Assembly (NCBI GenBank): GCA_963729895.1
Contig: CAVSQB010000009.1
Location: forward strand, 64,001 to 128,000
DNA: 64,000 nucleotides
Direction of reading: 5' to 3'
Origin: an uncultured Fibrobacterota bacterium
Lineage (GTDB): Bacteria; Fibrobacterota; Chitinivibrionia; Chitinivibrionales; FEN-1185
Part shown: one piece after another, positions 38,038-48,247 of the stretch
How positions within the stretch are numbered: the first letter of the stretch is position 1
Layout of the letters: the number at the start of each line of letters is the position of its first letter
The notes under the pieces: model-generated
Seen by the model: only the letters and a program-made list of their open reading frames with translations
What the model was told of the DNA's origin: nothing
The model's database searches: none
Made by a program: the position numbers and the translations under genes

Positions 38038-38931
38038 ATGAATACGGTTACGGCCAGGTCTTACACCCGCATTACCCTGGCCCTCGATATTGTCGGAAAG
38101 CTGGAAAGCGGACCCTTTGCCGGCTATCACGAACTCGCCACCGTCAAACACAAAATAGACCTGCACGACACGCTTACCGTCGAAGAATCGGACGAAATGC
38201 GAATTGCCTGCAACAATCCTTTGGTACCCACAAATGCGTCAAACATTTGCTGGAAAGCGGTGGACCTGGTTAAGAAAGAATTCGGCATTGGTCGCAATGT
38301 GGCAATCTCCATTGAAAAGAATATCCCTGTGCAGGGCGGACTGGCGGGCGGCAGCGCGAACGCCGCGACAATGTTTATGATTTTGCGGGACCTGTGGAAC
38401 CTGGACATCAGCGACAAAAGACTGGTCGAGCTGGCCCGGCGCGCAGGCATGGACGTGCCTTTTTATTTCTCGGGCGGCACAGCCTTTGATACCGAGGCGG
38501 GCGGCACGCTCACGCCGATCTCAACGGACCTGCGCTTCGACGCCATACTGGTGGTGCCGGATTTCGGCGTGTCGACATCGGAGGCTTATCGCGGCCTTGA
38601 CTACACCCGCACCGCCGGCAGCAGAGTTAAAACGCTTGCCATGAGGGAATCCTTTCTCGCCAACGATCGCGCCGGCGTGCTGGCGGCCTTGCACAACGAT
38701 TTTGAGCTCTCGGTTTTTGCCCGATATCCCCGGTTGCGGGAAATCAAGGAGCGCCTGCTCGATGCCGGTTGTGCCGGCGCCGTCATGAGCGGCTCGGGAT
38801 CAACCGTGCTCGGCATTCTCAAAACTTCGGGAGACTTCAGAGAAATACAGCGCAAAGTAGGACTCAAATCAATGCTTGTTTCGTCCTGTCCGGAATCGAG
38901 CGGTTCTTTTTCGCAGGAGGGATTGGTATGA
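38038..38931 (+). CDS. ispE: 4-diphosphocytidyl-2-C-methyl-D-erythritol kinase
   Basis: 'GYHEL', 'KNIPVQGGLAGGSANAA', 'GMDVPF', 'MSGSGS'; follows dxs. Confidence 0.92.
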   Translation: MNTVTARSYTRITLALDIVGKLESGPFAGYHELATVKHKIDLHDTLTVEESDEMRIACNNPLVPTNASNICWKAVDLVKKEFGIGRNVAISIEKNIPVQGGLAGGSANAATMFMILRDLWNLDISDKRLVELARRAGMDVPFYFSGGTAFDTEAGGTLTPISTDLRFDAILVVPDFGVSTSEAYRGLDYTRTAGSRVKTLAMRESFLANDRAGVLAALHNDFELSVFARYPRLREIKERLLDAGCAGAVMSGSGSTVLGILKTSGDFREIQRKVGLKSMLVSSCPESSGSFSQEGLV

Positions 38932-39161
38932 ACCAAAAAGCGCCGGACCAGCGTACAGCGACTTTTCGCTGGCATTCCAAACAGGAGCTTTGCGACTACT
39001 TCAACATTCATTACGGCTTCAGCAGGAAACTCGTTGAAGCCGAAATTGCCGAGGTGATGAAATTATTCAGGGTGCGGAAAGGCCAGACAATCAAAATGCC
39101 CGAGTTGTGGCAGAAAGTTGGTCTTCACTTGGAAAAGAAAATAAAGGAACTCGATCTGTAA
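38928..39161 (+). CDS. Small hypothetical protein (77 aa)
   Basis: GGAGG RBS; ATGA overlap with the ispE stop; MNQKAPDQ...KIKELDL. Confidence 0.6.
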   Translation: MNQKAPDQRTATFRWHSKQELCDYFNIHYGFSRKLVEAEIAEVMKLFRVRKGQTIKMPELWQKVGLHLEKKIKELDL

Positions 39162-39167
39162 ATGAAA

Positions 39168-39668
39168 CTAGTGTCCGCCGCCCGATGTTCCGAGCATCCC
39201 CGCCGCTCCCCTATTGACGGGTAAGTAATAGAACGGAGAATTATAGTCGGAGCAATAACTCTCGGGGACGTGCTGGAAGCTGAGCATGAAGAACATGTTG
39301 TCGGCGGCCTTCCATGCCAGCGAAACGTCGACCGGCATGTTCCTGAAGTATTCCGCGGAAGCAATGTTCTGGGCGTTTAGGTTCTGCCCCGCCGAAAACG
39401 TGGAGAACAGGGGAAATCCGAAATCGAGGTTGAGGGTAAGAGGCTGCGAGAACTTGTACGTAAGCATGGTACTGTACAAACCCTGTGATTGCAGGGAGGA
39501 GCCGCCTGCCGAGGCCATGCCGAAACTCATGCTGTTGTGGATTGAAAACCTCGACGGGTCCAAGAACCCGCCCCTGAGCGAATCTCCTGAAGAATTGTAA
39601 GACTGCGCATCCTGCCCGAAAGCAAGTGCTGAACAAAACAGCAGACCCACCACACCTCTTTTTATCAT
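39168..39668 (-). CDS. Secreted hypothetical protein (possible small beta-barrel)
   Basis: GGAGGAG RBS; signal peptide (AFG-QD); beta-strand pattern. Confidence 0.7.
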   Translation of the reverse strand: MIKRGVVGLLFCSALAFGQDAQSYNSSGDSLRGGFLDPSRFSIHNSMSFGMASAGGSSLQSQGLYSTMLTYKFSQPLTLNLDFGFPLFSTFSAGQNLNAQNIASAEYFRNMPVDVSLAWKAADNMFFMLSFQHVPESYCSDYNSPFYYLPVNRGAAGMLGTSGGGH

Positions 39669-39745
39669 TGCTCCTCCGTTCCCTTGCCAGAAATTACGGA
39701 AAAGATGATTTCTTATTGACCGGCGGTTTGTGAATATAAACTACT

Positions 39746-40015
39746 TCATGAGAAAGGGCCCTCGCCCTTCCAGAACGGTTTGCGCCTGCGGCTGGGCCTC
39801 CAGATAAACCGGCAGGCCGTACATTTTACACGCCTGTGTCCTTTGAGGGTGCGAACCGGAGAAAAGAAAAACGGGTCGTAGTATTCCACGGCAAGGCTCT
39901 GACATTTGGGACACTTGATGCGCGGAGGGTTCCAGAATGAATTCCACAGTTCCCCGAAGAAGGACTGGTATTCCTGTCTGACGTTCGAACGGCTGCTGCT
40001 GCGATGCGTTGTCAT
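39746..40015 (-). CDS. Small zinc-ribbon protein
   Basis: CPKC...CTAC pair; basic C-terminus; downstream of dgt. Confidence 0.6.
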   Translation of the reverse strand: MTTHRSSSRSNVRQEYQSFFGELWNSFWNPPRIKCPKCQSLAVEYYDPFFFSPVRTLKGHRRVKCTACRFIWRPSRRRKPFWKGEGPFS

Positions 40016-40064
40016 TGATGAAGCCTTGATTCGTTTCCCGGAACCATTCCGCCTCCGCGGCAGC

Positions 40065-41231
40065 TCAAATGACCGGCGTCGGGACAAAAAGTTGGATGTA
40101 CGTTCGTTCCGCAAAATGGTCGGTCATTCCGGCAATATAGTCCGCCGCAATACGCCACGACGGCGTTTCTTCGTTGTAATTGGTGTTCTTGATAAAATGG
40201 AAGAATACCTGCATGCTCGGCGCTTCCCGCTCAATCGCGTGAAGGGCGGCTGTGTCTTTGCCGCGGTCCGACTTTGTGAGAATCGCCAGAAGCTCCTCGA
40301 ACAGAAGGGTGATGACGTGTCCCGATTTCTTAGCCTTGCCTTCCACGTCCGGGTGATTGTATATGCATTCGTAATTGAAAGCCTTGAGTCTTTCCATGTG
40401 CTCAAGTACATCCTTACTCATGACGATGGCGTCCTTGTCGATGCTGTTGGCGATGATGTCGTTGACAAACCGGCCGATGATCGACCCGTTGTCGGTGCCG
40501 AGCTCCCGGGCAACGGGCGCCGGGATATCCGTTTTCCGGATGATGCCGGCCTTGATGCCGTCCTCGAGGTCGCGGCCCAGATAGGCGATACGGTCCACCA
40601 TCCGCACCAGGCAGCCTTCGAGTGTGGAAGGCAGGCGGGTGCGTCCTGAAATCTCTTCCAGCTTCGTGAGGTCGCGCGCGCGATCCGGCTCGAGAATTCG
40701 GTCGAAGCTTTCCCCGCAATGCGTGATGATGCCGTCGCGTACCTCGTAGGTGAGGTTGAGGCCGGCGCCATAATTGGTGAGCTTGTCCACCACGCGCAGC
40801 CCGTGCAGTTCGTGCATGAACCCGCCCGAAACGCCGTGAGCTTTCAGCAAGGTGTCGAGAACCCGCTCGCCTGCGTGGCCGAACGGCGGGTGACCAAGGT
40901 CGTGCGCCTTGGCAATGGCATTGATGAGGTCTATGTTGAGGTTGAGACACCGGCCGATGACATAGGCTATGCTGGAAACATGCAGCACATGCTCCATGCG
41001 CGTGCAGATGTGATCGTTGTCGGGCGACAGAAAAACCTGGGTCTTGTGCTTGAGCCTTCGAAACGGAGGGCTGTGAAGGATCCTTGTTTCGTCGCGGGAG
41101 AATTCAAGGCGGAACGGGTCCCGTTTCATGGGAAACTTTCTTCCCATCGACTCGCCGCTCTTCTTTGCAAAAGGGGAAAGCGTCTTCTCGTTGTCACTGA
41201 GGATCTTTATTATGTCGAATTCGGTTTTCAT
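40065..41231 (-). CDS. dgt: dGTP triphosphohydrolase (HD family)
   Basis: 'RILHS..FRRL.HKTQVF', 'TR..H', 'HDLGHPPFGHAGE', 'D.IAY...D.ED', 'DYIAGMTD'. Confidence 0.93.
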   Translation of the reverse strand: MKTEFDIIKILSDNEKTLSPFAKKSGESMGRKFPMKRDPFRLEFSRDETRILHSPPFRRLKHKTQVFLSPDNDHICTRMEHVLHVSSIAYVIGRCLNLNIDLINAIAKAHDLGHPPFGHAGERVLDTLLKAHGVSGGFMHELHGLRVVDKLTNYGAGLNLTYEVRDGIITHCGESFDRILEPDRARDLTKLEEISGRTRLPSTLEGCLVRMVDRIAYLGRDLEDGIKAGIIRKTDIPAPVARELGTDNGSIIGRFVNDIIANSIDKDAIVMSKDVLEHMERLKAFNYECIYNHPDVEGKAKKSGHVITLLFEELLAILTKSDRGKDTAALHAIEREAPSMQVFFHFIKNTNYNEETPSWRIAADYIAGMTDHFAERTYIQLFVPTPVI

Positions 41232-41255
41232 GCGAGAATAAGAATACCAGAAGGC

Positions 41256-42140
41256 CTAGTAAAACCCGTCGATTCCCACGGCAACCAATTTGTCCTTGTT
41301 CTGGCGCGGGGGCAACTGGTCGACAACCACCCAGTTGACAAAAAGGTCAAGCCCGAATTTTCCTTGCGTTGCGAGCAGTTCGGCGCGCAGCTGCTGATTC
41401 CACAAGGTTTGGTTTGTCCGGGTGATATACGCGCCCGTTCTTGCGTCCACAATCGCGGCGATCCCCTTGAACCGGTACACGGCGCACTTGACCTCGCCCG
41501 TGAGATCAACCATATAGGTCTGATTCCAGCCTACTATCGAAGTGTCCACGCCGAAAAAGTCATGCAGGGTGTAGGCAATCCCCGCCTGCCACGCGAGCCT
41601 GTTCTTCCACGAAAGCTCCCTGCCTTCGGCGACTGCTTCCTTAAACGCCCCGGGCCTGAATTGCGGCGACGATGCGCTGAGCGCGACCTTGTTCCAATAC
41701 ACGGGCCCCAAGGGCCCTGAGTCCAGGGTGTCGATTTCGTGAAAGCAGTGATGGTCGAGCCCAACGTCAAGATTCACTGGTGCAAACCGGTATTCGAACA
41801 AGGGGCCGAATCCGATATCCATTTGATTGGGATCGAACAAGATTGCTTTGTTGGGCCATCGTCCCAGCCCGACCGTTGCCTCCATCTCCCCGAAGAAGAA
41901 GAACCGGTTGTCGTATGAAAGAAATGCCAGTTCGGCCGAGCTGTTCCATTCAAGAAAGTATCTTTGCCTGAAAACCGAATCTTCCTGATTGAAGAACATG
42001 TGCAGATCTTCATCGAAATGGAATTCCGGGGCGAATGAAAAACCTTTTGACTTTGAATCACCGGCCGGACAGGCAGCGCCGAAACAAATTGGGGCAGCCA
42101 TCATCAGCACCGAGACGATGATCGGCATGTGTCGGGACAA
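41256..42140 (-). CDS. Secreted/outer-membrane hypothetical protein
   Basis: AGGAG RBS before TTG; signal peptide; aromatic beta strands; terminal 'DGFY'. Confidence 0.65.
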   Translation of the reverse strand: MSRHMPIIVSVLMMAAPICFGAACPAGDSKSKGFSFAPEFHFDEDLHMFFNQEDSVFRQRYFLEWNSSAELAFLSYDNRFFFFGEMEATVGLGRWPNKAILFDPNQMDIGFGPLFEYRFAPVNLDVGLDHHCFHEIDTLDSGPLGPVYWNKVALSASSPQFRPGAFKEAVAEGRELSWKNRLAWQAGIAYTLHDFFGVDTSIVGWNQTYMVDLTGEVKCAVYRFKGIAAIVDARTGAYITRTNQTLWNQQLRAELLATQGKFGLDLFVNWVVVDQLPPRQNKDKLVAVGIDGFY

Positions 42141-42427
42141 GGCCTCACTCCTGGAGAAAACTTACCCATAGAAACTAATACATGGAGGGCCTGGCTTTGC
42201 GCCGCAACGCTCCGGCGTTCGCTGTTTTTTGGTGCGAATAGTCTCTAAGCCGGGCCATCCCTTATTTATTTTTACAGTTCCCGGAAACCGCTCCAACGCC
42301 GCATATGCGGCTCATAACTTTTGATAATAAATGGGGTTACCGGAGCGTAATGTTCAGATTTCCGGGTATCGACGGTGTACAGGTTCTTTCGACTCGTGAT
42401 GCCATTCGGCGCCTATATTCTATTCTT

Positions 42428-43369
42428 ATGCGTTTTCAATTGAATCTCGGGACCTCATTCATTGCCATCGCCGCGCTGTCGTCTTTCTGCTTCGGGAGCA
42501 TGATTTTCAGCTCGATAAGCCAGGACAGCCTTTACATAGGCTACAGGCTACATTTCGGCGTGACGCTGGTTGTTCCGAAGGCCAGCCAGGTGACGCCGCC
42601 GCCCACGGACAACGGCTTTGGAAAAGCGGTTGTCAAGGAATGGACTTCCGACAAGGTTGAAAAGAGGAGTGCGGACAGCATTGCCTTTCACTACGCAATA
42701 ACCACCTATTCCGCCGAACCCTGCACCATTCCCTCCCTCGATTTCTTCGTGACAAAAGAGAATGCTGCGGAAACGCTCCACACGCAGGCATTCCCGTTGC
42801 ATGTCTTGCTGGTTTCCTCGCCCGACACCGCATCCATCAAGGATCTCAAGCCGCAGCAGAGCGTCGGCAAGCCGTCGCTTTTGTGGCTGTGGCTTCTTCT
42901 CGCCGGTGCGGCTTCCGTTGCCGGGTTCCTCTTTGTTCGCCGGTGCGTGCCAAAACGAGGGCTCGGGACCGTGCGGACGCCTCCCAAACCTCCCTACGAG
43001 GAGGCGATGGAAGCGCTCGACCGCCTTGAGGCAAAGCACTACGTTGCACAAGGCATGATCCGGGAATATGTTTTCGAACTTTCGGAAATTGCAAAGCGAT
43101 ATATCGAGCGGCGCTTCGAGGTGCAGGCAGCGGAGTTCACTACGGAGGAACTACTCGAGTGGGCCAAGCGCTCGCCTCTCCAACCCGCCGAGCGAAAGAC
43201 GGCCGAATGGTTCTTCTCAACCACCGACCCGGTGAAATTCGCAAAGTGGCTGCCCGACAACGATACGGTGTACAGGTTTGGCGCCGACATCCGGACCTTT
43301 GTTGAAAAAACAAGGCCGCAGGCCCCGCAGGAAGCGCAAAAAGTCCAGGGGGGAAGCCATGCATCTTAA
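42428..43369 (+). CDS. Bat-operon accessory membrane protein (DUF4381/BatD-like)
   Basis: Signal peptide, Ig-like region, 'IKDLKP', single TM, 'PPYEEA', 'EFTTEE', 'VKFAK'. Confidence 0.75.
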   Translation: MRFQLNLGTSFIAIAALSSFCFGSMIFSSISQDSLYIGYRLHFGVTLVVPKASQVTPPPTDNGFGKAVVKEWTSDKVEKRSADSIAFHYAITTYSAEPCTIPSLDFFVTKENAAETLHTQAFPLHVLLVSSPDTASIKDLKPQQSVGKPSLLWLWLLLAGAASVAGFLFVRRCVPKRGLGTVRTPPKPPYEEAMEALDRLEAKHYVAQGMIREYVFELSEIAKRYIERRFEVQAAEFTTEELLEWAKRSPLQPAERKTAEWFFSTTDPVKFAKWLPDNDTVYRFGADIRTFVEKTRPQAPQEAQKVQGGSHAS

Positions 43370-44363
43370 GGATCCGTGGTTCCTTCTGCTGTTTCTCTCG
43401 TGGCTTCCCATGGTGTGGATGTATGCTCGCAGGGAAACCAAGCGTCCCGCCGTTCGTTTTTCAGATTTGTCTCTATTGAAGAAATTGCCGACTTCCCGAT
43501 TCGTTCACCTCCGCCATGTGCCGTTTGTGTTGCGGCTCCTTGGCGTGGGCCTGCTGATTGTGGCGCTGGCGCGTCCGCAGAAGGGAACATCCGAGGAGGA
43601 GGTGACCACCGAAGGCGTTGACATCATGCTTGTGCTCGATGTGTCGTTCAGCATGAGGTCGCTCGACTTTCAGCCGAATAACCGGCTGTTTGTGGCAAAG
43701 GAAACCGTCAAAGATTTCATCAAGAAGCGCCGCAACGACCGAATAGGCTTGGTGATCTTTGCAAGACGGGCCTACACCAAATGCCCCCTAACGCTCGATT
43801 ACAACATTCTCACCCAATTCGTGGACCGCATCGACTTTGAAGACTTCGGCGATGCGACTGCAATAGGAACGGCGATTGCAACGGCCGCGAACCGTATCAA
43901 GGACTCCCCTGCAAAAAGCAAGGTGATGATTCTGCTCACCGATGGCGGGAACAATTTTGGCGAAATAGCGCCCCTGGCGGCCGCGAAAGCGGCCGGGGAA
44001 CTCGGCATCAAAATCTATACCATCGGCGTGGGCAGGGAAGGCGTGGTTCCCTATCCGGTCCAGGTGGTGGACCGGTTTACGGGCAAGATCGTTGGCACGC
44101 AGATCCAAAACGTGCAATCGGACCTCGACGAGCAACTGCTTGCCAACATCGCCGATGCGACAGGCGGAAAATTCTTCCGGGCACAGAACGCGGAAAAACT
44201 CAAGGAAATTTACGACACAATAGACAAAATGGAAAAGACCCAGATAAGAACGAAACTGTACACAAGCTATTCCGACCGGTTCTTTGGATGGCTCATTGCA
44301 GGCGGCATCCTGCTCCTCGCAGAAAGCCTTCTTTCGCAAACGTGGTTCCGGAGAATACCATGA
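43359..44363 (+). CDS. batA: BatA VWA-domain protein
   Basis: 'ALARPQ', MIDAS 'DVSFSM', 'DRIGLV.F', 'LLTDG', 'IYTIGVG'. Confidence 0.9.
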   Translation: MHLKDPWFLLLFLSWLPMVWMYARRETKRPAVRFSDLSLLKKLPTSRFVHLRHVPFVLRLLGVGLLIVALARPQKGTSEEEVTTEGVDIMLVLDVSFSMRSLDFQPNNRLFVAKETVKDFIKKRRNDRIGLVIFARRAYTKCPLTLDYNILTQFVDRIDFEDFGDATAIGTAIATAANRIKDSPAKSKVMILLTDGGNNFGEIAPLAAAKAAGELGIKIYTIGVGREGVVPYPVQVVDRFTGKIVGTQIQNVQSDLDEQLLANIADATGGKFFRAQNAEKLKEIYDTIDKMEKTQIRTKLYTSYSDRFFGWLIAGGILLLAESLLSQTWFRRIP

Positions 44364-44466
44364 AAGAGACGTTTATGCGCGGATGCGTAGAAGCGTATAT
44401 GCGGAAGAGTGAAGAACTTGACATTCGATCGCATTCACGCATTCACCGTTTTGAGGATAATCAACC

Positions 44467-45489
44467 ATGAGGTTCGGCAGTCCCGCATACTTCTGGCTTA
44501 TGCTCTGCATTCCCGTGCTCGTGGGGCTGTTTATCCTCGCATACCAATGGAAACAAGCCGCGCTGGCGCGTTTCGCCTCGCTTGCGCTCATGAAACGGTT
44601 GACGCCGGAGAAAATCCTCCAACAGCAGGTGCTCAAGTGGGTGCTGTTCCTCGGGTTCGTTTTTTTTGCAATTATTGCGCTCGCGCGCCCGCGTTTCGGA
44701 CTTAAGACAGAAATGATAGAGCGCAAAGGCGTTGACGTGATCGTGGCGCTCGACATTTCCAAAAGCATGCTGGCCGAAGATATTGCGCCCAACCGACTCG
44801 AAAGGGCGAAGTTCGAGATCGCGAAGCTCATCGACCTTCTGCGAGGCGACCGCGTGGGCATCATCGTGTTCGCAGGGGAAAGCTTTGTCCAGTGTCCGCT
44901 CACGCTCGATTATGGAGCGGCGAAAATGTTTTTGAGCGTGGTGACCACGGATTGGGTACAGACTCCCGGCACGGCCATTACCGAAGCCATAAACCAATCT
45001 GTGGAAGCGTTCCGGTCCCAAAAAAGCAAGTCGCGGGTCCTCATTCTCCTTTCGGACGGAGAAGATCAAGTGGGCGATGCGGAGGCTGCAGCCCAAAAGG
45101 CGGCTGCTCTCGGCATCAAGATATACACGGTGGGACTCGGGTCCGAAAACGGCGCGCCCATTCCTCTTAACAAAGGCAAAGGTAACATTTCGTACAAGAA
45201 AGACTCCAACGGGAACCTGGTGATGACGCGGCTCAATTCGCTCATGCTCGAAAAGATCGCCACGGAAGGAAACGGAAAGTACTTTCATGCCGGCACCATG
45301 CTCGACATGCCGGCAATTTATCACGAAATCTCAAAAATGGAGAAGAACGATCTCGGGACCGACCGGTTGAACATTTTCGAGGAACAATACCAGGCCTTTT
45401 GTGCCATCGCCCTGTTTTTCCTCCTGCTTGAATTTTTGGTGCCCGAGCTTGTCAAATCAAAACATCAATGGAAAGGAAGAATCGATTGA
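44467..45489 (+). CDS. batB: BatB VWA-domain protein
   Basis: 'ALARPRFG', 'DISKSM.AED..PNRL', 'LSDGED'. Confidence 0.88.
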   Translation: MRFGSPAYFWLMLCIPVLVGLFILAYQWKQAALARFASLALMKRLTPEKILQQQVLKWVLFLGFVFFAIIALARPRFGLKTEMIERKGVDVIVALDISKSMLAEDIAPNRLERAKFEIAKLIDLLRGDRVGIIVFAGESFVQCPLTLDYGAAKMFLSVVTTDWVQTPGTAITEAINQSVEAFRSQKSKSRVLILLSDGEDQVGDAEAAAQKAAALGIKIYTVGLGSENGAPIPLNKGKGNISYKKDSNGNLVMTRLNSLMLEKIATEGNGKYFHAGTMLDMPAIYHEISKMEKNDLGTDRLNIFEEQYQAFCAIALFFLLLEFLVPELVKSKHQWKGRID

Positions 45490-45491
45490 CC

Positions 45492-46328
45492 ATGGAAGCG
45501 CGGAAGAAAGCATGGGGACACCGTTTGTGCGCGCGCTCTTTCGCTGCCTGCACCTGCATTGCCGTGCTGGCCGCCGTGGCGTGTTCCGACGAGCTGCATT
45601 CGAAGAACGAGGCCGCAAACAAACAATACGGGAACAAGAATTACGATGAGGCGCTCAAGGCATACGACAATCTGATCCTGGAATATCCCGCCGAACAAAA
45701 ACTGAAAATGAACAAGGGGGCCGCCCTGTATCGGCTTGGCGAATACGAAAAAGCGGAAGAGGAGTACAATCAGGCAAAGGACGTCAAGGACAAGAAGGCG
45801 CTCGCCGCGCTCCACTACAACCTCGGCAACGCCCAGTACATGCAGGGCGACAAACTTTCCGCGCAGAACAACCAGCAGGCCATGGAGAAATACAAGGGCG
45901 CGCTGGAAAACTATATTAAGGCTCTCGACGCACGACCGTCGGACAAGGATACAAAATGGAACGTTCAGCTGGTTCAGAAGAAGATCAGACAGATGCAGAA
46001 CCAGCAACAACAGCAGCAGAATAATAAGGACAATAAACAGAACAAAGACAACAAAGACCTGAAGAACAATCAGAATGACCATGACAAGAACCAGGACAAA
46101 GACAAACAACAAGACAAGAACAAGCAGGATCAGAACAAAAATCAGCAGGACAAGAACAATCAGGACAATCAAAAACCCGAGCCCACGCCGCAGCAGAAAC
46201 AGGAAGACATGAAGAAAGACGAGGCCAAGCGGCTCATCGAACAATTCTCGGACGACGACAAAGAGCTCAACAAAAAGCCGGAAAAAACGGGAATAGCAGG
46301 TGAAAAGAAAGTGGAGAAGGACTGGTGA
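45492..46328 (+). CDS. batC: BatC TPR protein with Q/N/K/D low-complexity linker
   Basis: TPR motifs ('YNLGNA.Y'), Q/N/D/K tract, terminal 'EKDW'. Confidence 0.88.
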   Translation: MEARKKAWGHRLCARSFAACTCIAVLAAVACSDELHSKNEAANKQYGNKNYDEALKAYDNLILEYPAEQKLKMNKGAALYRLGEYEKAEEEYNQAKDVKDKKALAALHYNLGNAQYMQGDKLSAQNNQQAMEKYKGALENYIKALDARPSDKDTKWNVQLVQKKIRQMQNQQQQQQNNKDNKQNKDNKDLKNNQNDHDKNQDKDKQQDKNKQDQNKNQQDKNNQDNQKPEPTPQQKQEDMKKDEAKRLIEQFSDDDKELNKKPEKTGIAGEKKVEKDW

Positions 46329-48247
46329 CCAGCGGCGCAAAGGCAGGTAACGCGGCATTCGCTGACCGGATGAACGCGACCCACCCTCGATCTTTTTCGA
46401 GCGCTTCGGCGGCTTCGATGTTGTGCTGCCTCACCTTGCTCGCCGCCGCCGCCGGTTTTGCCGCGCATGCTCAGGACATTTCCTTTTCAGTTTCTGCAGA
46501 CAGGACCTCGGCAATGCTCGGCGAGCGGATCCAGGTGACCGCGCAGATTGTGAGCAACAAGCAGCTTTCCGGCTCATTTGCCCCGCAAATCCCAAAGAGC
46601 GATGATTTCGACATGCTCGGCATGAACCAGAATTCCTCGCAGTCAACATCGATACAGGTGGTAAACGGGAAGATGACGCAGAATGTCACTATCACCTATT
46701 TCTTCTACTATCAAATTGCGCCGAAAAAGCCCGGAACCTTTACGTTTCCCGCCCTCAAGACCGTAATTGACGGAAAGACCTATGCCTCGAATCCATTTGT
46801 CGTCTCCGTCGGAAAAGAGGCTGCGCCGGCCGCCACCGAGGTACATGTTCTCCTTTCGGTCACCAAGAAGAATCTGTACCTCGGTGAACAAACTTTCCTT
46901 ACCGTCAAGGTCGCCCAGAAAGCCGGCGCCCAGGTTCAATTGTCGCAGCAGGGATTGTTTAGCATGTACGACAAACTGGAAAAAGGCCTCAGCAAGGATT
47001 TTGCCGTGGCGAGGCTGTTTACCCAATTGCCCTCCAAGGGCGTCATGGAGGTGGTGAACGGCGAAAAGGAATTTGTCGTCAAAGTACAATACTCCCTCTT
47101 CCCCATTTCCACGGGCGACCTTTCGATACCTCCCGTGCCGTTCGAATACGTGAGTCTCAAACGCGTTCAATCCCGACGAGGGTCGGATCCTTTTTCGGAT
47201 TTCTTCCCCGATGAATTCTTCGGCGGCGGCGTACAACAAGTTGGCAAGAGCGTATTGTCGAACGGCCTCACCATCCATGCCTCTTTGCTGCCCCCGGCGC
47301 CTGCAGGTTTCTCAGGGGCCGTCGGATCCTTCACCATGAATGTCGGCGCCGACCCGCGGACCGTGCCCTCGGGCGAAGCAGTCACGCTGTCCATCGGCAT
47401 CCGCGGCAGCACCCGGCCCGGAAGCATGGGCGATATTTCCATGCCGCAATTGCCCGAATGTGAAGTATTCGCTCCGGAAAAGCACGTGTCGGTCGACACG
47501 ACGCAAAACGGTCTCACGTGCCAGAAAAGCTACAAGTACCTCGTGATCCCGAGACAGGAAGGCAGGCTCGTTGTCCCGCCGCTTTCCTGGGTCTACTTCG
47601 ACCCGGCGGCCCAGGTTTACAAAACGCTCAAGTCCGACACCATCGTCATCACCGTCACAAAAGGGAAGGCCACCCAGGCCGGCCAGACTCGGTATCTTAC
47701 CCAGGAGGAAATACGGCAGGTGGGCCAGGATATCCGGTATATCAAGACCGGCATTTCCATCGGGAAACAGACCGATTTTCCGTACAGAAATCCTCTCTTC
47801 CTGGTTCTCTTCCCTATTCCCTTCCTTATCGCGGCCTTCTCCCTTTTGTATAGGATGCAGGCGCAACGCTACGAAAGAGACGCCTTGCTCGCCCTCCGCC
47901 AGAGAGCGTCCCGCAGGGCTTTCCGTACGCTGGCCGGCCTGAAGAAGAACGCTGCCGCCATGCCGGCAACCGATTTCCTCGGGAACGTTTCCGTATGCCT
48001 GGAGAACTTCGTTACGCACAAATTCGGTTTTGCCGCAACAGGCAGGACTCTTGATGAATTGCGAAGCAGCCTTTTGGAACGCCACGTGAGCGCGGAGGTC
48101 ATCGAACGGCTTGCCGGTTTGCTGGAAAGCACCGACACGTTCCGGTTCGGCATGAAATCGCTTGACGCCTCCTCCAAATCCGGAATCCTCGAACAGGCGG
48201 CCGGGCTGATCCGGGATCTTGAAAGGCAGAAACGGGGAAAATCATGA
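46325..48247 (+). CDS. batD: BatD family protein
   Basis: 'SIQVVNGK', 'GAVGSF', 'YFDP', 'DIRYIK'; operon position; true start may be downstream. Confidence 0.88.
   Translation: MTSGAKAGNAAFADRMNATHPRSFSSASAASMLCCLTLLAAAAGFAAHAQDISFSVSADRTSAMLGERIQVTAQIVSNKQLSGSFAPQIPKSDDFDMLGMNQNSSQSTSIQVVNGKMTQNVTITYFFYYQIAPKKPGTFTFPALKTVIDGKTYASNPFVVSVGKEAAPAATEVHVLLSVTKKNLYLGEQTFLTVKVAQKAGAQVQLSQQGLFSMYDKLEKGLSKDFAVARLFTQLPSKGVMEVVNGEKEFVVKVQYSLFPISTGDLSIPPVPFEYVSLKRVQSRRGSDPFSDFFPDEFFGGGVQQVGKSVLSNGLTIHASLLPPAPAGFSGAVGSFTMNVGADPRTVPSGEAVTLSIGIRGSTRPGSMGDISMPQLPECEVFAPEKHVSVDTTQNGLTCQKSYKYLVIPRQEGRLVVPPLSWVYFDPAAQVYKTLKSDTIVITVTKGKATQAGQTRYLTQEEIRQVGQDIRYIKTGISIGKQTDFPYRNPLFLVLFPIPFLIAAFSLLYRMQAQRYERDALLALRQRASRRAFRTLAGLKKNAAAMPATDFLGNVSVCLENFVTHKFGFAATGRTLDELRSSLLERHVSAEVIERLAGLLESTDTFRFGMKSLDASSKSGILEQAAGLIRDLERQKRGKS

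Noticed and set aside
45995..46180. Repetitive CAG/AAC/GAC-rich DNA as a possible array
   Set aside because: It is the ordinary Q/N/K/D linker of BatC; no repeat-spacer structure.
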